From Staphylococcus phage Twort, in sequence record NC_007021.1: a stretch of 64,000 nt of DNA; one strand, given 5' to 3'. The position numbers and the translations under genes are program-made. The notes under the pieces are model-generated. The model made no database searches. It had not been told where the DNA came from and saw nothing but the letters and a program-made list of their open reading frames with translations. Shown piece after piece: positions 9,492 through 19,171 of the stretch (position 1 is its first letter; the number at the start of each line of letters is the position of its first letter).

Positions 9492-10719
9492 GTCAGTAGA
9501 AGAAGTTTATGCAATTGTCTTTGGTGTTTTAGCTAAAGACGAAGGTAAAATTGTAAGTAGCAAGTTTAATAAAATTTTAAATGAAATTGGTATTGATAGA
9601 GTTTCAGTTAATGACTTAAAAGATATTTCTGAAATGATTCATGAAGATGATTATTTAAATGGGTTGAAAAATGACGCTATTTTAGGTAAAGTATCCTTAA
9701 AAGACCTAGAAAGCGTAGAAGGTAAAAAAGTATTCAAAGATAATAACTATCTAGATACAGTTTCTACTTATGTAGTAGAGAACGAGAAAAGATTATCTAA
9801 CTTACGTGAATTACGTAAGCACCAAAAAAATGGTGCTTATATGGAAATGCTTATGGAAGGTCTTAAAAAAGATTTAGTTAAGGAACTTAAAAACCCTATT
9901 ATTGAAGACCGAGATATTTTACTAGGACATACTGATAAAGAGCTAGTCTTATTATTATCGGATTTTCATGTAGGATTTACTTCTAGGGATTTAGATAATA
10001 AGTATAACTTTGAGGTTTTAACTAACCGACTAACGAAGTATTTAGATGAAGTTCAGACTATGGTATTAGAGCATGATATTGATGATGTTAGTATTTTCTT
10101 TGTAGGGGACTTAGTAGAGCATATTAATATGCGTGATGTTAACCAAGCATTTGATACAGAATTTACTATGAGTGAACAGATTTCTAAAGGTACTAGATTA
10201 CTAATAGACATTATTAAAAACGTATCTGAAATGGTAGATGGTAAAGTTACTTTTGGTATTGTTGCAGGTAACCATGACAGATTACAAGGTAACAAGAATC
10301 ACAAAATTTATAATGATAGTGTAGCTTATATTGTTCTTGATACTCTTTTATGTATGCAAGAAAATGGTGTTATTAATGATATTGATATTATTGATAATAG
10401 AGAAGATATTTATAAATTCTATCATAAAGTTAATAATACTAATATCTGTGTGACACATGGAGATTCTTTAAAAGGTAAAGGCAAGAATATTAGTAAAGTA
10501 GAAGTTAAGGAAAATATAGATGTATTAGTTACAGGTCATGTACATCACTTTAGTGCAACCCAAGAAGATTTTCATAAAACACATGTAGTAGCTAGCAGTC
10601 CTATTGGATTTAATAATTATTCTAAAGAATTGAATTTATCTAGGACTTCACCTAGTCAGCAAATGCTTCTAGTAGATAGTAGTAAGAACTTAACAATCAA
10701 AACAGTATTCTTAGACTAG
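9484..10719 (+). CDS. calcineurin-like metallophosphoesterase with an extra N-terminal domain
   Basis: Motifs SDFHVG (DxH), FVGDLVEH (GD), AGNHDR (GNHD/E) and VTHGD. Confidence 0.75.
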   Translation: MYKSVEEVYAIVFGVLAKDEGKIVSSKFNKILNEIGIDRVSVNDLKDISEMIHEDDYLNGLKNDAILGKVSLKDLESVEGKKVFKDNNYLDTVSTYVVENEKRLSNLRELRKHQKNGAYMEMLMEGLKKDLVKELKNPIIEDRDILLGHTDKELVLLLSDFHVGFTSRDLDNKYNFEVLTNRLTKYLDEVQTMVLEHDIDDVSIFFVGDLVEHINMRDVNQAFDTEFTMSEQISKGTRLLIDIIKNVSEMVDGKVTFGIVAGNHDRLQGNKNHKIYNDSVAYIVLDTLLCMQENGVINDIDIIDNREDIYKFYHKVNNTNICVTHGDSLKGKGKNISKVEVKENIDVLVTGHVHHFSATQEDFHKTHVVASSPIGFNNYSKELNLSRTSPSQQMLLVDSSKNLTIKTVFLD

Positions 10720-10728
10720 GAGGATTTT

Positions 10729-11094
10729 ATGAGTAATTTATTAATTATTTGTATCGTATACGCAGTAATTGTGACTATTAATGTAGTTACTAAGGTTTTA
10801 GAAATTTGGAGTTTTGAGAAGCGTAGTGTTGCTATGGGTAAAAGCCCATTTAGTAACTTTATTTACTACTACGAAATCATTCCTTATACAGTAGGATTAA
10901 TTACCCTTGTAGTAATTTCCTATTTTAGCTACATGTTACCTAACCCAAATACAGTAGGTCACATTATTGTATTTACAGGATTAGTTGCTTTCTTTTACTT
11001 CTTATCAGGAATTATTACTGTATTTATTATATCAGTAGTAGAGGCAAATATTGTACGTAAAAGAACTAAGGAAAACGAGAGTCAAGACGAATAG
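10729..11094 (+). CDS. membrane protein (3-4 TM segments)
   Basis: Hydrophobic 121-aa ORF with RBS AGGAGG. Confidence 0.6.
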   Translation: MSNLLIICIVYAVIVTINVVTKVLEIWSFEKRSVAMGKSPFSNFIYYYEIIPYTVGLITLVVISYFSYMLPNPNTVGHIIVFTGLVAFFYFLSGIITVFIISVVEANIVRKRTKENESQDE

Positions 11095-11146
11095 GTCTTG
11101 ACTTTTTTTATTATGTATGATAAATTAATAAAGAGGTGGTAAAAAA

Positions 11147-11683
11147 ATGGACTTTTCATTTACAAGTTTTGAAGATGAACGAATTGCAATGCGTATATCT
11201 GAAGGTATTTATTATTTTAAGGAAGAGCCTATCTATTGGATAGAGCATATTGAAGAAAATTCAGATGAGTATGTTTTTGTATACGCTATACAAGATAAAA
11301 AAGAAGAAAAGCCACAAAAGGCTTATAAGGTAGAGGAAGTAACTAAGACATTAAAAGGTGGGACATACCTTAGTAATAGGATTAAAAGCCTTATACCTGT
11401 TAAAAAGCAATATAAAAAAGTATACAAAGAGCCTTTGTTTGTTGCTAACATTATTCCTAGTGGTATTGGTATAGATACTATTACTGGAAGAAGTGGTAAA
11501 GGATTCTTTGAAAGACAACGTGAAGAACGTATCACTACATCTAAAGGTGTTACTGTAAAAGGTGGAGATTATACAGGGGTGTTTATTACATTAGAAAATA
11601 TTAAATGGAATCGGTCTTACACACCCTTAGAAAGTGTTGTAGAATATTATAAACAAACTAAAGAAGGTAGAATTAATGTCTGA
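11147..11683 (+). CDS. hypothetical protein
   Basis: 178-aa ORF with RBS GAGGTGG. Confidence 0.65.
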   Translation: MDFSFTSFEDERIAMRISEGIYYFKEEPIYWIEHIEENSDEYVFVYAIQDKKEEKPQKAYKVEEVTKTLKGGTYLSNRIKSLIPVKKQYKKVYKEPLFVANIIPSGIGIDTITGRSGKGFFERQREERITTSKGVTVKGGDYTGVFITLENIKWNRSYTPLESVVEYYKQTKEGRINV

Positions 11684-12422
11684 AATGTTTTATGAGCAAG
11701 ATATTAAAGATTTAATTAGGACTAAAAAACATTTATTTCATAAGGATGAGATAACAAGTAATATAGATGATATTAAAATATTTAATGAAAAGGTAATTTG
11801 TCAAGGAAAGTGTAGAACCGATTGTTTAGTACTAGACCGTAACGGTACTGTTATGGGAATAGAAATAAAAACTGAGAGGGATTCTACACAAAGATTAAAT
11901 AAACAGCTTTACTATTATAGCTTAGTATGTAAATATGTTTATGTATTTTGTCATGATAAACATGTCCCTAAGGTAGAAAAAATACTAAAAGAACATAAAC
12001 ATGACCACGTAGGTATTATAAGTTACATTAATTTCAGAGGTAAACCTACAGTAGGTAAATATAAACAAGCAACACCCTCACCTTTCAGAAGTCCTTACCA
12101 TACTTTAAATATTCTATGGAAGTACTCTTTACTAACTATGCTAAGAATCATACGAGACTATACAAAGTACTACAACAAGAAAGTTACATTCAATAAGAAT
12201 GGTCACCAAAATGAATTAGCAACAAAAAGCACACAATCTTATAGAATGAAAAAACCTGCTATTATAAACCAAATTATTGGTTTTATAGGGGTAGAAAAAA
12301 CTTACCAGTTATTCTGTAGAGTTGTTATTTATGGTTATTCAGATAGATGGAAATTGATAGATGAGACATTTTTTGATGTAGTTAAGAATGGGGTGATTGG
12401 TATTTATGAAGAAGAAAGATAA
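11676..12422 (+). CDS. putative PD-(D/E)xK-fold nuclease-like protein
   Basis: DCLVLDRNGTVMGIEIKTE matches the hhhD...hhE-h-K core motif. This is an inference from the motif alone. Confidence 0.5.
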   Translation: MSEMFYEQDIKDLIRTKKHLFHKDEITSNIDDIKIFNEKVICQGKCRTDCLVLDRNGTVMGIEIKTERDSTQRLNKQLYYYSLVCKYVYVFCHDKHVPKVEKILKEHKHDHVGIISYINFRGKPTVGKYKQATPSPFRSPYHTLNILWKYSLLTMLRIIRDYTKYYNKKVTFNKNGHQNELATKSTQSYRMKKPAIINQIIGFIGVEKTYQLFCRVVIYGYSDRWKLIDETFFDVVKNGVIGIYEEER

Positions 12423-12825
12423 ACCAAAAAGAATATGGCACCAACCAGTAAACTTTGCGCCTACAAATAACTTAGCGGGTGCAAACCCTACATTTTTCCC
12501 TAAAAAAGGGCAACAACCTAAGGAATCTAAGGGATATGAGTATCGTATACAATTTATAAAGAGGTTTGACAATGTAACGAATACTGATGTTAGTATGCAA
12601 AAGAAGTATATGTTAAATCTTATTAGTAGGGACTTGAATTTACCTGAAAAATATATTACACTAACACAAAAAGGTAAGAAAAAAGAAGATATTTTACATA
12701 CAAATAGAATATATTACGTTTATAGGTCTAAAAAACTTATAGGTAAGTGTGCTATACAAGAACAAAGAACGTTTACAACGACAAACTTATTGTTTATTTT
12801 TAAATTAAGGAAAAGGAAGAGGTAA
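12406..12825 (+). CDS. hypothetical basic protein
   Basis: The ORF track starts at the TTG at 12397; the ATG at 12406 is more likely. Confidence 0.5.
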   Translation: MKKKDKPKRIWHQPVNFAPTNNLAGANPTFFPKKGQQPKESKGYEYRIQFIKRFDNVTNTDVSMQKKYMLNLISRDLNLPEKYITLTQKGKKKEDILHTNRIYYVYRSKKLIGKCAIQEQRTFTTTNLLFIFKLRKRKR

Positions 12826-12826
12826 T

Positions 12827-13633
12827 ATGGAGATTATTAATAAAGAAACAACTATTAGTGTAAAAACATTATTAAAGAAATTAAAGAAAGAACCTACTAT
12901 TGTAGGGGTAGGTTATGGTTCTGAGTTATTTCCCTACCAACTATTAACGGAGCCTTATGTAGAGATAGAGGAATCGGAAGATGGTTTTCTTAAGATTTAT
13001 AATAAAGTATTTGTTCCTCATTTTAGAGTAACAGACTTTAATAATTTTAGTATTGTCCTAGAAAGTGCTATGCTAGGTTACACTACTAAGTTACAAGAAC
13101 CTAGTAAGAATACTTTTGATATTATGACTACGTATAAGGAAGATAAGACTGTACAAGAGTATGCTGTTTCTAGCGTATTTGAAGAACCCACTATCACTAA
13201 ATCTTCTTTTACTATTAATAAAAAAAGATTTACTATATATAAGATTACAGAAACACAAATTACGTCTTTAGACTTTAAAGATTTTACACATACAATGTAC
13301 TTAGTAACTACCGAAGAACAGAATTTTGAGGTGTCTAAGTTACTTAAAGGTAGGTTAAGTAAAACAGAAACACATCATTTACTAAACTTATTCTCAGGTA
13401 CTAAGGTATTACCTGAAACAGTTATTGCTGTATCTTCTTCAAGAAGTAATGTAAGTTTTGATATGTACGAACCTAATGGGTTTATTCTTATTTTCAAAGC
13501 TAACATTTATGAATTAGGTTCTAAAAACCATAATATTTCCTTCCATAAAGACCTTATTAAAGGTAGTACTTTAGAAGATAATAGTCTTACATTACACATT
13601 AAAAATAAACATGATTTACAATTATTTTGGTAA
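12827..13633 (+). CDS. hypothetical protein
   Basis: 268-aa ORF with RBS AAGGAAAAGGAAGAGG. Confidence 0.65.
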   Translation: MEIINKETTISVKTLLKKLKKEPTIVGVGYGSELFPYQLLTEPYVEIEESEDGFLKIYNKVFVPHFRVTDFNNFSIVLESAMLGYTTKLQEPSKNTFDIMTTYKEDKTVQEYAVSSVFEEPTITKSSFTINKKRFTIYKITETQITSLDFKDFTHTMYLVTTEEQNFEVSKLLKGRLSKTETHHLLNLFSGTKVLPETVIAVSSSRSNVSFDMYEPNGFILIFKANIYELGSKNHNISFHKDLIKGSTLEDNSLTLHIKNKHDLQLFW

Positions 13634-13971
13634 TAATTAATAATATTAGTGTTATTCTATAATTTTTACTTACAACAAAGTAGTTACTAAAATTAAAGGT
13701 GAGTCAAAGATTATAAAAATGCAAGAATAAAATAATGAAAAATATTTTCGAAATCCTACTTTATTTTGAAAATAATTACCATAGAAATTTACTACTAGAT
13801 AGTTACAAGTTTATTTCTATGGTTTTTTAAAAATAAAATTTTGGGAAAATAGTGATATATTAAGTATGAAATACCTCTTAAAACCTTATTCTAAAAGGGT
13901 TATAGTAGTTTACTATAAAGTGTTTCATCATTAGTTTAATTTATTATATTAATAAAGGAAGATACATAAAT

Positions 13972-14700
13972 ATGGCTAGAAAAAAGATGAGAAATAAAAA
14001 TGATAAGAATCTTAAAGTTGTACCAGAGAAAAAGAGTATATTAGTAGAACTTTACGAAAATAAGTTATTACGTACTAAGGTAGATAATGCAATTGATGAA
14101 GACTTAGGTTATGATTATATTATAGAACTATGTAAAGAATATGGATTAGAATTATCTAAATCTGCTATTAGTCGTTATAAAACAAAACGTAGAGAAGCTA
14201 TACAAAATGGTTGGGATTTAGGAGAATATATTGATGGTAGAAAGAAAAATAATGTTTCTTCCATTGAAGACAAAGAAGTAGATGTAGCTAGTAAAGTAGA
14301 CCCAACACATCCTTTCGAAGTAGCTAAGAAAAAAACGCAAGACATTTATGATGACATTGAAGTACTTGATAGCATTATTCAAGCAGGTGCTTTAGGATTA
14401 CAATATGTAGACACCGTAGACCCTGCACTTGCATTAAAAGCAATGGAAACTAAGCATAAGATTACAGGTGGACAACTACAAGGAATGAGTTTAGTTGGTA
14501 TGCGTGAGTTGCTAGTTAAACAAAATGCTAGGGATACAGCAATTACACAAGTAATCTTAGAATATATTCCAGAAGAAAAACATGAAGAAGTCATGGAACG
14601 TTTAGAAGAAACTGAAAAAGAGTTCTATGAAAACTTAGACCTGGATGAAGAAGATATGAGATTAAAACAAGCGTTAGATAGAGTAGGTTACTCTATTTAG
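13972..14700 (+). CDS. hypothetical protein (basic N-terminus, acidic C-terminus)
   Basis: 242-aa ORF with RBS AAAGGAAGA, preceded by 338 bp of non-coding AT-rich DNA. Confidence 0.65.
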   Translation: MARKKMRNKNDKNLKVVPEKKSILVELYENKLLRTKVDNAIDEDLGYDYIIELCKEYGLELSKSAISRYKTKRREAIQNGWDLGEYIDGRKKNNVSSIEDKEVDVASKVDPTHPFEVAKKKTQDIYDDIEVLDSIIQAGALGLQYVDTVDPALALKAMETKHKITGGQLQGMSLVGMRELLVKQNARDTAITQVILEYIPEEKHEEVMERLEETEKEFYENLDLDEEDMRLKQALDRVGYSI

Positions 14701-14715
14701 AATAGGAGAAGTTAT

Positions 14716-15180
14716 ATGGTAGAAGAAATCGTATTTAAACAGTTAGAAGAGGCAAAGCCTATTAAAGACCTTGGGACAATTATCAGGTACTTAGAAGAAG
14801 GTAAAGTACTACTTGTTAGACAAGAAAATCAAGGTGACATTATTGTAAAGTTAACGGACAATAGTACAAATGGTCATAAGATGACTTATATTAGTAGAGA
14901 CATTAAAGAAGAATCTAGTTATTATAAAAGACATTGGGCTCCATTCGACATTAGTATTAATGCATTCCTTGCTTTTGATGTTTACTTAGCTGAGGATGTG
15001 AATAAGTATAATTATAATAATAAATTTAATATTAAGGATATTGTTGAGTTTGTAGCAGGAGACAATAATGACATTGCTTATATACATGATGTGTATACTG
15101 ATGGTACTAAGTTTATGTACAGTTTAACTGGAGAAGAAAGATTATTTGAAGAGTCAGAATTACGTAAAATTAATCGTTGA
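14716..15180 (+). CDS. hypothetical protein
   Basis: ORF with RBS. Confidence 0.6.
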   Translation: MVEEIVFKQLEEAKPIKDLGTIIRYLEEGKVLLVRQENQGDIIVKLTDNSTNGHKMTYISRDIKEESSYYKRHWAPFDISINAFLAFDVYLAEDVNKYNYNNKFNIKDIVEFVAGDNNDIAYIHDVYTDGTKFMYSLTGEERLFEESELRKINR

Positions 15181-15237
15181 CATAAGTAAAAAGTTATGAT
15201 AAAGTATATGTATACTTATTAAAGGAGAGATAGTATT

Positions 15238-15669
15238 ATGATTATTTACTTAAACAATGAGGAAAAGAATTTAGTAAAGGAAAATAAATATACACCATTA
15301 GAAAGTAAGTTTAAAACGAAAAAAGAAAAAGACATTGTAGAAATGTATCGTAAAGGTCATCCAGTTAATGACATTTGTAATGTACATAACATTAGTATGG
15401 GTATGTTATATACTGTTGTTAATAACCATAAACTAGGTAAACGTAATGTTACTAAAGGATTATTAAGTAAAATTAAACATATACTGAATAATAAAAATAA
15501 ACTAGAGAACTTGATTAATGATTATGGTAAATTAACGAATAAGGAAATCTATAGTAAGTATCAAATTCATAAGAATGGTTTGTATTATATCTTAGACTTG
15601 TATAACATTGAAAGAAAACAAGACACTAAAGATGAGGTATTATCAGATAACATTGTAATTGAAGAATAG
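15238..15669 (+). CDS. hypothetical protein, possibly with a small HTH
   Basis: ORF with RBS AAAGGAGAGA. Confidence 0.6.
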   Translation: MIIYLNNEEKNLVKENKYTPLESKFKTKKEKDIVEMYRKGHPVNDICNVHNISMGMLYTVVNNHKLGKRNVTKGLLSKIKHILNNKNKLENLINDYGKLTNKEIYSKYQIHKNGLYYILDLYNIERKQDTKDEVLSDNIVIEE

Positions 15670-15678
15670 GGTGATAAT

Positions 15679-16353
15679 ATGAGTTACCAAGAAAGATTAA
15701 AAGAGATTAGGAAACAAAGTGATACACATAAAGAAATTAATAATAGTAAGAAGAAATATACAATGGATGAGTTAGAGCTATCTTTATTTGATAGGGATAG
15801 TGATGTTATTAAACCATTTACAAGTATTAGTAAAGATGATGAGATTAGCAGTAATGACTTATTTATTGCAACCCTACCTAATAATATTGTCCTTGCTGAT
15901 GGAACTACTTTAGAAAAAGGTCAGTATATTGGTAATAGTATGGGTAAATTATCAGACCTTGAAGATATGGAAGATTCGGGTATATCTTCTAAAACCCTCT
16001 ATGAAAATGGCCATAGAATTAACTTACTTGCTGTTGTTAATAATCCTAAGGCAGTATACACTCAAAAAGATTTAGTTGTGGATATTAAAGATGGCGTAGA
16101 AGTTAGAGACGTAACAACTAAAAGCTCTTCTGTAATTTCTAAACAAAAAATAGATTATATATCTCTTGTAGATGAATCTTACTTCGATAACCTTATAGAT
16201 GATGTTCTTAAAGATTACAATAACTTATCTAATCCTAATACCTTGCTTAAAAGATATATTAAAAACAAAGAAATGTTAGGTGAAGGTAAAAAAATGATTT
16301 ATTGTTCATTGCTAGATAAAGAAGTATTGGTTGTAGGTGGGAAAGATGAGTAG
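15679..16353 (+). CDS. hypothetical protein
   Basis: 224-aa ORF. Confidence 0.6.
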   Translation: MSYQERLKEIRKQSDTHKEINNSKKKYTMDELELSLFDRDSDVIKPFTSISKDDEISSNDLFIATLPNNIVLADGTTLEKGQYIGNSMGKLSDLEDMEDSGISSKTLYENGHRINLLAVVNNPKAVYTQKDLVVDIKDGVEVRDVTTKSSSVISKQKIDYISLVDESYFDNLIDDVLKDYNNLSNPNTLLKRYIKNKEMLGEGKKMIYCSLLDKEVLVVGGKDE

Positions 16354-16741
16354 TAAGAAATGGCTATTTTATGTATTACTTTTTGCTGTTCTATTAAGCG
16401 CTGTATTTGCATATTCTTGGACTTCTATTTACTATGAGAAAAATGCGTATGATTCAGGTGTAGTCCAAGACAGTGAAAGTAATAATACTAAAAATAATGG
16501 AGATATAGAATATGTTACAACAGTAACATTAAAAAAGGATACAGATAAGAAAGCTACATTTATGGATGAGTTACCAAACTTTTTACCTGGAAGAACGGAT
16601 GGTAAAACTATAGATAAAAGTTTTTACAAATCTAGTGACTTTCGTGAAGGTGAGAGATTTAAATTATATAGAATTTACACAAGAGATAATAATGGTGAGG
16701 TAACACATAAGTATCGTTTTGAAAAGGAAGTAGATAATTAG
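16337..16741 (+). CDS. membrane-anchored protein (N-terminal TM segment)
   Basis: Hydrophobic N-terminus; overlaps the upstream gene. Confidence 0.6.
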   Translation: MGKMSSKKWLFYVLLFAVLLSAVFAYSWTSIYYEKNAYDSGVVQDSESNNTKNNGDIEYVTTVTLKKDTDKKATFMDELPNFLPGRTDGKTIDKSFYKSSDFREGERFKLYRIYTRDNNGEVTHKYRFEKEVDN

Positions 16742-16873
16742 TGGCTCCTTTAACTATATCAATTATTATAGGTATTTGTATTATATATTATTTATTTGAG
16801 AAAGATTAGGTTAAGTGGAAGTTTTCCCTTGACCTTTTTTTATTTATCTGTATAATATTAATTAGGAGGGATT

Positions 16874-17116
16874 TTGATGATGAATTTAAAAATATTTTAT
16901 GAAGAGGTTAAACAATTAGAAAATAGAAAGATTGCCAAGGAGCAGGTATTACTAGAATCAATGAAAACATTTAGTAAGTTAAGAGGAACTTTAACAAATA
17001 GTCAATTAAGTCTTGACATTCTTTTAAATTATGGTATAGTTGAATATATCAAATATAAAAGGTATTTAGGAAGATTACAAAATTGTGTAGTAAAAGCATA
17101 TAAGGAGGAGTATTAA
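16874..17116 (+). CDS. hypothetical protein
   Basis: RBS AGGAGGGA. Confidence 0.55.
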   Translation: MMMNLKIFYEEVKQLENRKIAKEQVLLESMKTFSKLRGTLTNSQLSLDILLNYGIVEYIKYKRYLGRLQNCVVKAYKEEY

Positions 17117-17340
17117 TGTTATTTTTTAAAGAAAAGTTTTATAATGAATTAAGTTATTATAGAGGTGGACACAAGGATTTAGAAAGTATGTTTGAGTTAG
17201 CGTTAGAGTATATTGAGAAATTAGAAGAAGAAGATGAACAGCAGGTAACTGATTATGAGAACGCTATGGAAGAAGAATTAAGGGATGCTGTTGATGTAAT
17301 TGAGAGTCAGTTAGAAATTATTAAGGATATAGTTCGATGA
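17116..17340 (+). CDS. hypothetical acidic protein
   Basis: RBS AAGGAGGAG. Confidence 0.55.
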   Translation: MLFFKEKFYNELSYYRGGHKDLESMFELALEYIEKLEEEDEQQVTDYENAMEEELRDAVDVIESQLEIIKDIVR

Positions 17341-17501
17341 GTGGGTTTAATGATTTTCTTAAACAAGAATCTAAAAGGGTTAATAAACCACTCAAGAAAC
17401 AGAGAAAGAAGAAAGAAACACCTATAGAAGAAGTGCAAGAAAAGTTAGCTAAAATAAGAAGTAAATCAAAGTATATGGATTTAGGTAGGAGATATAAATG
17501 A
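17337..17501 (+). CDS. small basic protein (54 aa), translationally coupled; absent from the ORF track because it is under the size cutoff
   Basis: ATGA overlaps at both ends, with the upstream gene at 17337-17340 and the downstream gene at 17498-17501. Confidence 0.45.
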   Translation: MSGFNDFLKQESKRVNKPLKKQRKKKETPIEEVQEKLAKIRSKSKYMDLGRRYK

Positions 17502-17704
17502 AAACCTATACATGCAATAGGGTATCGGCTAGTGTTGAAGAACTTAAACAGTACAAAGATTTCAGGTTATTATTCGGGTTTGATGATGTTGTATTATATT
17601 TACTTAGTGAGCAAGATGAAGCAAAAACATTTAAAATGGAAAAGAAAGAATTAGAAAAAATAGAAAAGAAATATAGTAATGAACCTTTCTTTTCTTACTT
17701 ATAG
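17498..17704 (+). CDS. hypothetical protein
   Basis: 68-aa ORF with RBS GGTAGGAG. Confidence 0.5.
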   Translation: MKTYTCNRVSASVEELKQYKDFRLLFGFDDVVLYLLSEQDEAKTFKMEKKELEKIEKKYSNEPFFSYL

Positions 17705-17800
17705 GAGGGTATTGTAACAGGTAGTAATAATTTATAAAAACTTATAAATTTATTTGCATTTTTGGATAAAGTATGCTATGTTATATTTAGAGGTGATAAT

Positions 17801-17881
17801 ATGGCATATATGTCTATAGGAAAATTTAGTAAAGAGATAGGTGTTACACTCAAACATTACGTAATTGGCAGGGTGAATTAA
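17801..17881 (+). pseudogene. remnant of an IS607-type serine-recombinase TnpA: only the N-terminal MerR-like HTH (26 codons) survives
   Basis: MAYMSIGKFSKEIGVTLKHYVIGRVN* resembles the N-terminal HTH of IS607 OrfA proteins (the ...AK.AGVT.RTL..W pattern). Confidence 0.4.
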
Positions 17882-17884
17882 CTA

Positions 17885-18994
17885 ATGATAACGAAAAAAG
17901 TTAGACTTAAACCTACTAAACAACAGGAGTTAAAATTACGTAAATCAGCAGATATAGCACGATTTATATATAATTGGACTTTAGCAAAACAACAAGAAAA
18001 TTATAAACAAGGCAATAAATTTATACAAGATTCTGTGTTAAGAAAAGAAATAACACAATTAAAGAAAACTGAAGAGTTTAGATGGTTAAATGAAGTAAGT
18101 AATAATATTCCTAAGCAAGCAGTTAAAGATGCTTGTAATGCTTACAAAAGATTTTTTAAAAAACAATCTGGTTTTCCTAAATTTAAATCTAAAAAGAAAA
18201 CAAGACCTAGTTTCTATAATGATACACAAAAACTAAAAGTAAAAGAAAAATCAGTATTATTAGAAAAAGTGGGTTGGGTTAGAACATCTGAACAATTACC
18301 TGTAGGTACTAAGTACTACAATCCTAGAATCACTTTTGATGGTAAATATTGGTATATAAGTGTTTCTATTGAAGAAGAAAATAAATATGAAGAACTAACA
18401 AACGAATCTTTAGGTATTGATTTAGGAATAAAAGAATTAGCCGTATGCTCTGATGGAAGTATTTATGAAAATATTAACAAAACAATAAGAGTTAAAAAAC
18501 TAGAAAAACGATTACGTAGATTGCAACGTAAGGTATCTCGTAAATACCAAAATAATAAAGAAGGGAGTACCTTTGTCAAAACTTGCAATATTATAAAACT
18601 TGAAAAACAAATTAAACTCTTACAACGAAGATTGTCTAACATTCGTAAAAACTATTTACATCAAACAACAACTTCTATAGTGAAAACCAAACCTAGAAGA
18701 ATTGTTATAGAAGATTTGAATGTAAGTGGTATGATGAAGAATAGACACTTAGCTAAAGCAATACAAAAACAAGGATTCTATGAGTTCCGTAAACAACTAG
18801 AATATAAGTGTGGAAGAAAAGGTATAGAACTTGTTATTGCAGATAGATTCTTTCCTTCTAGTAAAACATGCTCTAATTGTGGTAACATCCACAAAAACTT
18901 AAAACTATCAGATAGAATATTTAAGTGTGACTGTGGTTTTAGTATTGATAGAGACCTTAATGCTAGTATTAATTTAGCTAATTATAATATTTAG
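17885..18994 (+). CDS. tnpB: TnpB (OrfB, IS605/IS607 family); RuvC-like RNA-guided nuclease, apparently intact
   Basis: N-terminal K.RL.PTK.QE...ARF.YN. RuvC-I GIDLGI, RuvC-II IEDLNV, zinc finger CSNCGN...CDCG, and RuvC-III DRDLNASINL. Confidence 0.85.
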   Translation: MITKKVRLKPTKQQELKLRKSADIARFIYNWTLAKQQENYKQGNKFIQDSVLRKEITQLKKTEEFRWLNEVSNNIPKQAVKDACNAYKRFFKKQSGFPKFKSKKKTRPSFYNDTQKLKVKEKSVLLEKVGWVRTSEQLPVGTKYYNPRITFDGKYWYISVSIEEENKYEELTNESLGIDLGIKELAVCSDGSIYENINKTIRVKKLEKRLRRLQRKVSRKYQNNKEGSTFVKTCNIIKLEKQIKLLQRRLSNIRKNYLHQTTTSIVKTKPRRIVIEDLNVSGMMKNRHLAKAIQKQGFYEFRKQLEYKCGRKGIELVIADRFFPSSKTCSNCGNIHKNLKLSDRIFKCDCGFSIDRDLNASINLANYNI

Positions 18995-19153
18995 ATTATC
19001 ACTAATAAGATACTAAATATATGTACCATTCGTTGTATGGGAATTTAAGCCTTTGGAGTATCATACAAACTTGAGTAGAGTAAATGAATATAGTAATTTA
19101 CTCAAAAGGGGATACGTTGAAAAAGGAATATAATTTATAAAGTTTTATAAATT
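18995..19153 (+). ncRNA. candidate omega RNA / right-end region of the TnpB element
   Basis: Called from position, on the 3' flank of tnpB. There is a hairpin GAGTAAAT...ATTTACTC and a terminal palindrome. No covariance evidence. Confidence 0.3.
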
Positions 19154-19171
19154 TTTGACAACGGGAATCAT

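Larger units (their letters stand above)
17729..19153 (+). mobile_element. IS607/IS605-like insertion of about 1.43 kb: tnpA remnant plus intact tnpB, bounded by 22-bp palindromes
   Basis: AATTTATAAAAACTTATAAATT at 17729-17750 and AATTTATAAAGTTTTATAAATT at 19132-19153 are imperfect inverted copies of each other. The tnpA-HTH remnant and tnpB lie between them. Confidence 0.55.

Noticed and set aside
12406-12825. Ribosomal frameshift product joining 11676..12422 and 12397..12825
   Set aside because: The overlap is short and holds no slippery heptamer. It is treated as ordinary overlapping genes.
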